Below, piece after piece: positions 46,112 through 57,280 of a DNA stretch of 64,000 nucleotides. Both the position numbers and the translations under genes were made by a program. Source of the DNA: an uncultured Planctomycetota bacterium (GTDB lineage: Bacteria > Planctomycetota > Planctomycetia > Isosphaerales > Isosphaeraceae); the NCBI GenBank assembly GCA_963845755.1, contig CAWJTV010000019.1, forward strand, positions 224,001-288,000, read 5' to 3'. The notes under the pieces are model-generated. The model was not told the origin of the DNA. It saw nothing but the letters and a program-made list of their open reading frames with translations, and did not search any database. Every line of letters begins with the position of its first letter. The stretch's first letter is position 1.

Positions 46112-46459
46112 TCAGGATGTGCCCATTGACTCACGCTCGCAACTCGCTTGTCCTCCGGTCGTTGGGCCAGGCCCCGCGGGGGCGGGAGTGGCCGGCGGCG
46201 TTACATCGATGACCTGGCCCTCATGCCACTCAGGGCGATGGGACGCCACGACGACGGCCCCCAGGCGGGGATCGTAGACGGCGATCGCCCCGGCCGGCGA
46301 GCCATGCAGGCGGTGAAAAGCGATGCCATAACGCCAGATCGGCGCGCGGCCCTCGATGACGACCAAGGCGCCGCGCGGGATCGTGGGCAACGACGGCAGT
46401 GGCTCCTCGGGCCGGATCGGCGCGGTGACGCCGATGGAGTAGAAGACGACATCAGTCAT
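46112..46459 (-). CDS. csx3: Csx3/Crn3 cA4 ring-nuclease family protein
   Basis: VVIEGRAPIWRY...H...AVYDPRLGAVVVASH; likely start MTDVVFY at 46459. Confidence 0.88.
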   Translation of the reverse strand: MTDVVFYSIGVTAPIRPEEPLPSLPTIPRGALVVIEGRAPIWRYGIAFHRLHGSPAGAIAVYDPRLGAVVVASHRPEWHEGQVIDVTPPATPAPAGPGPTTGGQASCERESMGTS

Positions 46460-46619
46460 CAAAGATGTCCCCGTTGTGATCCCGGACGATGGTCCTTGCC
46501 GCCATTTGGAGACCTCTGGTTTCGACTTTGGGTGATGGGCTAAGGCTATCTCCGACATTGGTGGGACGAGGATTCCAACTTGCTGCACGCTGGCCGCGCT
46601 CGCAACCGAGGACGCGGAG

Positions 46620-46837
46620 GTTTCAACGCCCTCGGCGCGGGCGAGACCTGTTAGGGTAGCAGCCAGTGCCATGCATGTCCCTTGCGAGACGTTTCAATCC
46701 CCGCTGAATCAGGGGTCACTTCGATCCGCAGCCCGAGACGAAAACAGCTCTCTCCTGTGTTTCTAATCCCCGCCGAATCAGGGGTCACTTTGATGTCGCA
46801 GCCAGTGCTATGCATGTCCCTTGCGAGTCGTTTCAAT
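46620..46837 (-). CRISPR. Degenerate CRISPR mini-array with a duplicated spacer
   Basis: Repeats at 46691-46726 (1 mismatch) and 46759-46795 (degenerate); GTTTCAAT stub at 46830-46837; divergent repeat-like unit at 46620-46657; spacer 46659-46690 recurs at 46798-46829 with 2 substitutions. Confidence 0.85.
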
Positions 46838-47094
46838 GTTCTTGGACCGGACGAGACACATAAATCTCGTGTCCTCCTCTTGAATTTACTCGGAAACCGA
46901 GGATAATTCAAGTATCGCGGGCGTAGAATTGGAGGGAGGGCAGAGTCTCTCCATATGTAGTGCTCGGTTGACCATTACGGAACGTGGTTTCATGACCTGT
47001 TATCATCGATGATTTCAAAAGCAGCCAACGTCATTCATGTCACCTTGGAGAGACTTCTCCAGAGCGATCCACTAATCCTATCTGGAGGAATTCC

Positions 47095-47481
47095 ATGACG
47101 ACCGTCTCACGATTCCAAATGGACCTGACTTCCGCCGAGCTGGGACTCATCGAGCGATGGATGCGCTTCGCAGGTTTCCGAACGAAGAAGGAGTTCCTGC
47201 TCAATGCGTTCACGCTGTTCCAGTGGGCTGCGAAGCAGGTCTTACTCGGCGCACGATCCTCGCCGTGAACGAATCCACAGGAGAAATCCGTCACCTGGAG
47301 ATGCCAGGCGCTGGCTGCGATCGGGGAAAGCTATCCACCGGGCACCCTCCTGACACCCGAGGAGACCCGACGGCGGGCTGCCCAACCGGGACAGCCTTTG
47401 GAAGAAGTCCTTTCGAAGCTTCGAAGAGGAGACCAAGATGCCCAGGTCGCCTGTGGAGTGGACGCCGAAGGCGGTGGATGA
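47095..47481 (+). CDS. Putative ribbon-helix-helix antitoxin/regulator (two frameshifts; not in the ORF track)
   Basis: GGAGG SD; MTTVSRFQMDLTSAELGLIERWMRFAGFRTKKEFLLNAFTLFQWAAKQVLLG/RTILAVNESTGEIRHLEMP...TPEETRRRAAQPGQPLEEVLSKLR. Confidence 0.55.
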
Positions 47482-47744
47482 TCTCGCGAACATACAACGA
47501 TCATCCGGATTTGCACAACGAGATCACTTCCGTCGCGCAGGAGGTTGATAGCCAGCTCGCGAAAAACCCGCGACAATTTGGCGAGTGCCATCAGGATCCC
47601 GATGATCCTGACGGCACTGAAATGGGGGTTGCATTGGAACCCGTCAGCGCCGAGTTGCTGGTCCGCATCGAGTTCGAACTTGGGGACATCGTCAAAGTCG
47701 TCTCATTCAAGCCAGTGAAAAGGCGGAGGAGGAAGGCGGACTGA
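47438..47744 (+). CDS. Putative RelE/ParE-like toxin (one frameshift near 47495)
   Basis: GAGGAG SD; MPRSPVEWTPKAVDDLANI/YNDHPDLHNEITSVAQEVDSQLAKNPRQFGE...VKVVSF; about 100 aa; overlaps the upstream gene. Confidence 0.55.
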
Positions 47745-47975
47745 TCCTCATTCGGGCCTGGAGGACAGATGCGTTGATTCCTCTCATGGGAGCGGGTAAG
47801 TTCTCTGAAGCGGGGACTGGCCGAGATGGCGTCGAGTCGAGACGCCGACGCCCCTGAGCGAGAACCCGCGCCGGTCTGCCGCCCGATGCCCTCGGGTCGC
47901 CGGGGGTTTGGGAATCGGCAGCGGTTCGAGGTTTGAACCAACCCCAGGTTGTGCCCTCATACAAAGGTTCCAACG

Positions 47976-49416
47976 ATGGGCCGCACCATTCGCGCCTCTT
48001 GCCCGGAATCCGAGGCCCCTGCTCTGGTAAAGCCTCCCGAGGGAGCCTGGAAGATTGGGGTTCGTCTGGTCACACCGTTGTTCGGAGGGGGACCTCGCCG
48101 GGCAGTACGACGTTGGCACACCGTTTGCCCCCAAGGCGATTCGCGGCCAGCTTCGGTTCTGGTGGCGCTCGTCGCGGGGTGGGCGCTTCCTCCCGACCCC
48201 GATCGATCTGCGGTTGAACTCATGAGCCTGCGGGAGACGGAGATCTTCGGCAGCGCCGAGTTGCCCAGCCCGTTCGATCTGATCGTCAGCGATGTGCGGC
48301 TCAACGGAGAGCGCCGCCTCGATGCGAAAGAGGAATACGAATTTGGGAGGTTGGGACCAGAGGCTTACGCGCTTTTCTCTGCGAAACAGAACAAGGTCGG
48401 GGCGATTGTGAAGGAAGGAGCGACGTTCACCCTCGAAGTGCGTTTGTCGTCGGCCCGGGCGTTCTCGCGAAGGCAGTCCATCGAACAACAGCGGCGTGAG
48501 GAATCGACGAAAACTGCTTCCGATGGCAAGCGCCGACCACTCGATTGCCTGGAACAAGAAGCTGTCCGGGATCATCTCCGCGCCGCGCCTGTGGGCATGG
48601 CTCAATCTCGGCGGCCTCGGCGCACGTACACGGCGGGGTGTCGGTTCCGTCACCACGGACAAGCAGGAATTCTCCTTCCTCGCGGACGGCAAGCTACGAC
48701 ATGCCCTCCCGGCGACGATCGTCTTGGCCGATCCTAAGCAGGGGACGACTGCGGCCCTGGCGTCGGGCAGCCGCAGTGGGAGTCTATCAGAGATTCCGCC
48801 AGGGATTCCGAAGGCCTCCCGGAAAGAAGGGCCCCGCACCGGGTCGCTCGAAGTGGCCTGAGCCCGACTCGCTGCGCAAATCGCAGGATGTGCCTTGGAG
48901 CCGCGCCAAGGCGACCCGCGCATCATTCCACGCCGGTCGTTCCCACTGAGACGATCCCTGGCTTCCCTCGCGCGGCCTTGGGCCTGCCAATGATCTTCCA
49001 TTTCGCCCACGGCGACGGGCCTGGCAAGGATCAGCCGCCCAAATCCTTCAAGGATCCAGCGGACGGATCTGAATCCCAAGATTGTTGGGTCGGATGCAAA
49101 ATCCCGCAGGGGAGCGGATGGCGAGCCCCGTCCTCACTCGTGCGGTGTGGATCGAAGGCCAATGCGGTGCCCGCGATCATCGTGTTGCGACATCCCCCGG
49201 CGTTGGACCGCTGATTTTTCCATTGGAACCACACCTGAACATCAAGGGCGTCAATGCCAAGGGGAACGCGAGGACAAATCGCGAGACGTCGCTCACGATC
49301 GGATCGTGAACCCGGCCTTCGCGACGCTCGAACCGATGCAGAAGCAAAGCAACGCACGGGACGCGCTCCTGGTCTTTGTCCGTGCGAACGGTTTCCGGGA
49401 CTTCCAAGGAAAATGA
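47976..49416 (+). CDS. cmr1: Type III-B RAMP Cmr1 (multiple frameshifts)
   Basis: LVTPLFGGG, EIFGS...SP, AWLNLGGLGARTRRGVG, WPEPDSLR, FPRAALGLP.IFHF, RMASPV. Confidence 0.85.
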
Positions 49417-51672
49417 GCCTGGCCATGGAATACCTGATGGCGGTCTCGATCGGCCCGGTGCAGGGATTCATCGCGGCGGCGAGACGGACCCGAGACTTCT
49501 GGATGGCTTCCACCATCCTGTCCGAGTGCGACAAAGCGGCCGCGCGCTGGATCGTCGAGCAGCCGCCCGGATCGGCGGATTCCCCCGATTAGAGCGGTTG
49601 ATCTTTCCGTCGCCACGCAACAGGTGGACGAGCCCAGCGAAAAGGATGCTCTCGCCGGGGCAGTGCCTCGACCTCAAGGCTTGGGATTTCACCGAGGATA
49701 ACACGTGCTCGCCATCGGAGCGACTTCAATGTTACGAACGTCTTGCTGTTCCGATTCCAGACCGAAGATCCCGGGGGAGGTTGTCGCTCTAATCCGCGAT
49801 GATGTGGTCGGACGATGGAGTTGGTTTGTCAAGCGGACTCTGGACCGCAAGGTCAGGGTCCTCGATGGGCCCCGGGCCGGCGAGGAATTGCCCGTCGAGA
49901 CCGACCTCTGGGATGCCGCCTTGTCGGGCCAACGCGAAGCCGCGAGAGACGTCTTTCAGAATTTCGCCGCCGGGGTCCCTATTGATGCCGCTCTCGGCAA
50001 GTACGGGGACGCGAGGAATCGCGTAATGAGGCTCCTAAATGGACGTAAGTCGTGTTGCGACTTCAAACCCTGGAAAGGGGTTGCCGGCCGGCCGAAATCC
50101 TCCTTGGACGGGGTCGCGCGAATCCGTCCTGAAGGAGCCTGTGGATCGCGTATTACCCTTGGACATTCGGCCGGGCGAACAGCTCGATCTGGTGGGGCTG
50201 GTCAAGCGACTCGAGTTCGGCAACGATGCGATCCGGTTCCCTTCCGTGTCGCGCCTGGCTGCCGACCCATGGATTCGGGCCGCATGCACGGACCCTCAGG
50301 CCAGAAAGAGCCTTGAGAAGATCGAGGCGATTTGCGAGGAACTTCGTGGGCTCAACCTGATCCGAAAGCGAATGTACTTTCCTAACGCGGCCAAGGAGGA
50401 CGATCCGCCAAAGTTTCCTTGGTGGGACGATTTCCCTTTCGAAGGATCTCCGTCGTCGTTCATTTCCCGCCACCGGGAACTGATGCCGGCAACATCCGGC
50501 ATTCGAGCCGGACTTCAAACCACGACCGGGTGAGGACCCGGTAGCGACCCGAAAGCGGGAGGAGCCGGTCGGATCACTGGAGAACCCGGTCCTCTCAGAT
50601 CGAGCAGAAGCTTGACTTGGTGGAAGATTTGGTAAGATGCATGAAGCCCTCTCTCTGCGAACCATCTCCTTATTTCGCCATCGTCGTGGCCGACGGCGAC
50701 GGCATGGGGCGGACGATCTCGTCCCTTGCATCGCTGGACGACCCCGATATTCACCGAGCCTTCTCGCTGGCCCAGTCTGTCTTCGACGACGAGGTGCGCT
50801 CCCACGATCGATGGGAGATCCCCTGCGGAAATCCGCGATCCGGGGTCCCGAGGGTGATTCGCGAGTGGTCGGATTTCATGGCGCCACCGTCTTCGCCTCC
50901 CGGTGACGACGTCCTGTGTTTTCTCCCAATCGACCAGTGCCTCGTCGGGGCGAGGATGATGCACGACCTGTTCGATCAGATCCTGCGCCGAGAGTTCGAA
51001 AAGTCGCCTTCAGGTGTGACCGCTCTCCGGCATCTTGAGGACCAGGGACCGATGCCGACTCTCTCCGTCGGCATCGCCATCGGACACTTCATGGAACCGC
51101 TCGAAGACCTCCTCGCTTTCGCGAAAGCCGCGGAGTATCGTGCGAAGAACCCGACAAAAGAGGACGTGCCTTTGCCGCCAAGTCTGCGCAACGGTCTGGC
51201 TCTCGCAATCCATCCTCGAGGCGGGGCGGCCTTTACCGTGCGCGATAACTGGTCCGGAGTCGATTCCCCCGGTTTCCAGCCCCTGGATCGGCGACTGCTC
51301 GAGTGGGCAGAATTACACCAGGAGAAAGTTCTCCCCACCAAAGCGGCCTATGATTTGCATTTGGCCTCGCGTTTTTACACGAACTGGAAGTCCAACACTG
51401 ATGCCGACAAGGAAGCCCTCCGGCGAGCCATCCGGTCGAATTGCCTCCGGTACTCGCGCGGGAGGCGGTTCCGCCGGTAGGGAGGATGACAGGAGGAAGG
51501 TGCGCGACCTAATCCAGAACGTCCGGAACACCTCAGATCTGGAGAGCCTGGCCCATGAGCTGATTGCCGGCCAGTGGATCGGTGATGCGTCCGGCAGGCA
51601 TCAGTCCCGCGGCCTGACGGCAATCAGCCAGGAGAACCGTCTCAACAGCACGCCCCCGGGGGAGTCGTCTGA
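49413..51672 (+). CDS. cas10: Cas10/Cmr2 lacking an N-terminal HD domain (multiple frameshifts)
   Basis: Begins directly with SIGPVQGFIAAARRTRDFW.AS.ILS; KSSLDG.RES; YFAIVVADGDGMG; GDDVL; TLSVGIAIGHFMEPL. Confidence 0.88.
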
Positions 51673-52960
51673 TGTCGGCATCGAGCATCTACCTGTCACT
51701 GACTCCCCGCGATCCGCTGATCCTCGGGATGGGCGACCGTTCTCCGCCGGGTACCGGATGAAGTCGCTGGACTGGTTCTATCCGTCCGTGTTGGCGGGCT
51801 CGTTGCGGACCTTACTCGGCCAGAAACAGGGGGGGTTTCCGCCACAAGGTTCCGACGAGTATAGCCGGCTCGTCCACTCGCTCAAACAGGTCGAGTGTGC
51901 CGGGCCTTTTCCTTGCGTCACGAGGGATGGAAAGCCTCCAGAACTCTATTCTCCACGTCCGGGGGATTTTGTGGTACGGAAGAAATGTGGGAGGCTGCAG
52001 GGCCTCCCGGTCCGACCGTGGGATCTGGACCAGGAGTGTGGTGGATGCGATCTACCGAAAGGCCTCTCGCCTGTGATTCTGAATCCCGAGGTCGTGAAGG
52101 GCGAGTTCAAACCTTCGCCGGTGCCGGCATTCTGGTCGCGGTCGCAAATCACTTCGTGGCTGACAGACGCCACCGGGACTTCCTTTCGGATGAGAACTCA
52201 ATGGGGGGATGGAGATCTGGACGCTCCGTGCAAAGAGGAACGGACTCATGTCAAAATGAGTTATGATCTGGCGCCGGGCAAGATGGCAACCTCTTTCAGA
52301 CGACGGGCCTCGTCCTCGAGGAACTTCCTCGTCCTGATCAAGAGGAAGAATGCCTAAAGACTGCTCAATCCATCATCTTGGTGTCTCGGCTCGTCTGCGG
52401 CCCTGAAAGCCCGTTCCAGACGATCGGTGCCTCCCTCAATGACTCCTCTCCCTTCGGTGGAGAACGGCGTCTCATGCACTGGCAGGCGGGAGGCGCCCCC
52501 GCCGTCGTGGGATTGCCCTAAGGCGGTGAGGGATGCCCTCAATACTCTCGAGCAGGAAGATCAACCGTGTTCGTTCGTATGGTCCTTGCCACGCCGGCAT
52601 TGTTCCGGCGCGGGTGGTGTCCGGGCTCGATGGATAGAAAACACTCACCGGCGAGGTGCCGGGAACGGGTGTGAGCGTCCGACTCATCGGGGCTGCAACG
52701 GAACGGTGGAGGCCGGTCTCGGGTTGGTCATACGAAACGGCTCTTGCGCCCAAGCCCGTCCGTCGCGTCGTTCCCGCCGGAGGTGTCTTTTTCTTTGAGG
52801 TCACGCCGGGCAGCCCTCGTCCGCCGTCTCGCTGGCGGATCACTGGCTGAGATCGGTCTGCGACGATGAACAGGATCAACGCGATGGCTTCGGCCTCGCT
52901 CTTTGGGGAGTCTGGAAACCGTTTAAAGACACGCACACTTTTATAGGATCAGCCCGATGA
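51672..52960 (+). CDS. cmr3: Type III-B Cmr3 (frameshifted)
   Basis: LTPRDPLI.RDGRPF, PSVLAGSLRT, SLPFGGERR, VSGW...PKPVRRVVPAGGVFFF, RDGFGLALWG. Confidence 0.85.
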
Positions 52961-53934
52961 GCACGGCAATGTCACCGACGGTGGGACAAGTGGCGCGACA
53001 CCGTGCAAGGTCCCTACTGGATTCACGCGCTGACGCCGCTCCATGTCGGCTCCGGTCGCGGGATTGGGTTCATCGACCTGCCGATCATGCGCAGAAAGCC
53101 ACCGAGTATCCCTTCGTCCCGGGATCGGCCGTGAAGGGCGTCCTGGCGGATCATCATGGCGCCGATGATGAGGCCCGCGACCAATCGAACAAGCAGAATG
53201 GCAGGTTCAAGCCGGACCTGAAACTGGCGTTCGGGTCGGGGGGAGATGAGTTCGCCAACTCCGGAGCAATCGTTTTCACCGACGCGCGACTCGTGTGTCT
53301 CCCGGTTCGCAGCCTGTATGGAACATTCGCCTGGTGCACGTCGAACCTCATCCTGAAGCGGCTCCAACGCGACCTCGTCCGTTGTCACCATTCCTGGAGA
53401 CCGCTGCCACCTCAGGCGACAAAGATCGACCGAATTGTCGTCACGAACCTATCGACCTCGGCGTTGAAGGATCAGGATCAGCGGGCCTTCTTCGAGGACC
53501 TCGATTTCACCATGGAGACCAGTGAAGCCGCGGAGGAGTGGGCGAAGTCGCTGGCCGAGTCGGTGTTTGCTGATCCCGACTGGCAGAAGCTTTTCCTCGA
53601 TCGATTCGCCGTCGTTCACGACGACGTCTTTACGTTCCTCTGCGAGACGGCCACGCAAGTGGACGCGCGCGTGAAGATCGACGACGACACCAAGACCGTC
53701 GCGAAAGGCCAACTCTGGTACGAGGAGTCGCTGCCGGCGGAATCGATCCTGTCTGGTATCGCCTGGTGCGGGCCGGTATTCGGTAACAATGGGAACCGAA
53801 ACGACCCAGAGAAACGGCGCCAACTCATGAAGGACTTCTGCGGCGGTTCTCACTATCTGCAACTTGGCGGCAAGGCGACGGTTGGTCGAGGCCAGGTGCG
53901 GTTGACTTTCTCGGACGGAGCCTCGGCGGGCTGA
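52957..53934 (+). CDS. cmr4: Type III-B RAMP Cmr4
   Basis: HALTPLHVGSG...IDLPI (frameshifted N-terminus), YPFVPGSAVKG, DARLVCLPVRS, LWYEESLP, LQLGGKATVGRG. Confidence 0.92.
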   Translation: MSTAMSPTVGQVARHRARSLLDSRADAAPCRLRSRDWVHRPADHAQKATEYPFVPGSAVKGVLADHHGADDEARDQSNKQNGRFKPDLKLAFGSGGDEFANSGAIVFTDARLVCLPVRSLYGTFAWCTSNLILKRLQRDLVRCHHSWRPLPPQATKIDRIVVTNLSTSALKDQDQRAFFEDLDFTMETSEAAEEWAKSLAESVFADPDWQKLFLDRFAVVHDDVFTFLCETATQVDARVKIDDDTKTVAKGQLWYEESLPAESILSGIAWCGPVFGNNGNRNDPEKRRQLMKDFCGGSHYLQLGGKATVGRGQVRLTFSDGASAG

Positions 53935-53994
53935 GGACTCTTCCTTCCTCCAAGGCCCGCGAGGGCCAACCTCTTCTTGAATGACAAGAAATCT

Positions 53995-54364
53995 ATGAGT
54001 ACCACATCCGAAAGCAAGCCCATCCGAACCCGCCAGCAGACGATGGCCCAGGCTGCGTTCGAACACGTCGATCGTCGGCACGGCGCACGGATCGACATCC
54101 CCAGGGAATCCGCTCCTTCGCGCCTCTCGTTCCCATCATTGATCCAGGCTGCCGGGCTGTGTCAAGCCGTTGCATTCGCCCAGGCAAAGGGAGGAAGGAA
54201 CAAGGAGGTCTTGGACGACGTAGTTGCGACGATCAAGGAATCGAAGAGTTATGAGGGAGATTTGAGGAAGACATGCACAGAAAGGCGTCGGCGAGTACCT
54301 TCGTTTGACGCGTCTGGCTCTCCAGGCCGCGACGTGGGTCAAACGATACGTTCGAGGCGCTTGA
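53995..54364 (+). CDS. cmr5: Type III-B small subunit Cmr5 (frameshifted)
   Basis: TRQQTMAQAA, FPSLIQAAGLCQAVAF, EYLRLTRLALQAATWVKRY; end approximate. Confidence 0.8.
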
Positions 54365-54448
54365 CAGAGAGACGAATGGGCCACCCAGAACCAACTTGGC
54401 GAGCACCCTGAACACCAGTGAGCCGTCGTGATCGATCGGGGAGTTCCC

Positions 54449-55625
<1,177 letters not shown>

Positions 55626-55790
55626 ACGGAAAACCACAAGGCCGGTGCCTCGCGGGACTCCTGTACCGAAACGATCGCGCCAGCTTCTGACTCGCTATCC
55701 CGGTCTGTCTACGAGATGCAAACGGGTGAGAGCCCGAGTCCATCCCTCTGTCATGACGAGGACCGTCGGCGTACGGAGCAGCCCGAATTC

Positions 55791-56871
55791 ATGTGGCGGC
55801 ATCTCTGTTTGACCGTACTCCAGGCCGAGTACCGGACCGATCGCTCTTGCGAGCTGCCGGAATACCTAGGCTCGACGTTGCGCGGGGCGTTCGGCCAGGA
55901 GCTGCGCGGTGAGCTGCGTCGAGGAGGGTTCGCTGTGCGCGGTTTGTCGGCGGCCGGATCGTTGTGCCTCCGGGGCGATGTTCGATGACCAGGTGATGTC
56001 CCTCCCACTCGATAGGGAGGGAAGGGGTGAATCCCCCCTCATCCGGCCCTACGGGCCACCTTCTCCCCCGAGGGGAGAAGGACTTTCCCTGGGCTTCGAC
56101 CGGCCGCGGGCGTATGTCCTCGTCCCGCCGCCGCGGCGCCGGGGCAGTTATGCGGCCGGCGAGACGATCCGGTTCGGAGTCACCCTCGTCGGCCGGGGTC
56201 GGGTCTGGTCCCCGTGGGTCGTCGCCGCGATGGCCGGGATCGGTCGACGGGGCATCGGCGTCGAACGGCAGCATTGGTCGCTGGTCCGGATCGGCGCGGT
56301 CGGTGCCGACGGCGGTCTCGTCGAGATCGATCCCGGGACCGCCGGCGACGGAGCGGTCGTCCCCGAGCTCTCGGGCGCCGGGATCATCGCCGACGGCCCG
56401 CCTCCCACTCCCCAGGCCATCGTCGCCCTGGTCACTCCGGCCGACCTTCAGCAGAAGGGCCGGCGGCTCGATCGGCTCGATGGGCCCGCGTTCTTCCGTC
56501 GGCTCATCCGACGCATCGGCACCCTGGTCGAAACCTATTGCCCCCCGTCGCCGGAAGCCGGGGCCTGCGATTATCGCGCCCTGGCCGATCTCGCCGACCA
56601 GGTCGCGGTGGAAGACCAGCAGGTCGCCGTCCAGACTTGGGAACGCTACAGCAACCGTCAGGAGGCCAAGCATCCCCTCTCCGGTCTGGTGGGACAGGCC
56701 CTGTTCACGCACATCCCGGAACCCCTCTGGCCTTATCTGATCCTCGGCCAATGGGTCCACGTGGGTAAGGGGGCCAGCTTCGGCCAGGGGCGCTACCTCG
56801 TCTTGCCGCAGGACGAGTCCGAGACCAGGTCGATCCCGAGCTCCGTGCGTTCTCGCAGGCCCGGCTGGTAG
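55791..56871 (+). CDS. cas6: Stand-alone Cas6 with a Cys cluster (one frameshift near 55910)
   Basis: LPEYLGSTLRGAFG, C...CAVC....C, WERYSNRQ, GLVG, G-loop HVGKGASFGQGRY. Confidence 0.88.
55999..56081. repeat. Triple-hairpin palindromic element inside cas6
   Basis: TCCCTCCC/GGGAGGGA, GGCCC/GGGCC and CCTTCTCCCC/GGGGAGAAGG stems. Confidence 0.65.
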
Positions 56872-57280
56872 TCTGACGCCAAGCCCCCCCAAATCGACCT
56901 TGGTTGGGCCGGACGGCACAAGCGATTCGTTCTCAGGGGCGGCCGTTGAAAAAACGTCCGGGCACGCGCATAACCGCGCCAACGATAAAGCGCCCGTGGG
57001 TCAGGTCCTGTTTTACGTGATGCATGATCACTACGTGAAGTCCGTGCTCCATCGGCAGCTTGTCGGCGATCAGGGTCGATTGTTGTCTCCAACCCCAGAC
57101 CCATCCCAGGATTTCCGGAGCCAAGTTGCCAAATCTGCAAAAGTATCCATTAATCAAGGATGTCGGGACTTCCCGGCGGCGTTCGAGGTGCGCAGGGTGT
57201 TGAGGAAGGCGGGTGATTGCATGGGGGGACGAATTGGAATTGGGTCGCGGACGACTCGGCCAAACTCGGAAACGAAAACG

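Noticed and set aside
46460..46672. N-terminal extension of Csx3 (MALAATL...)
   Set aside because: It starts inside a mini-array spacer and crosses a repeat-like unit; Csx3 homology begins at MTDVVFY.
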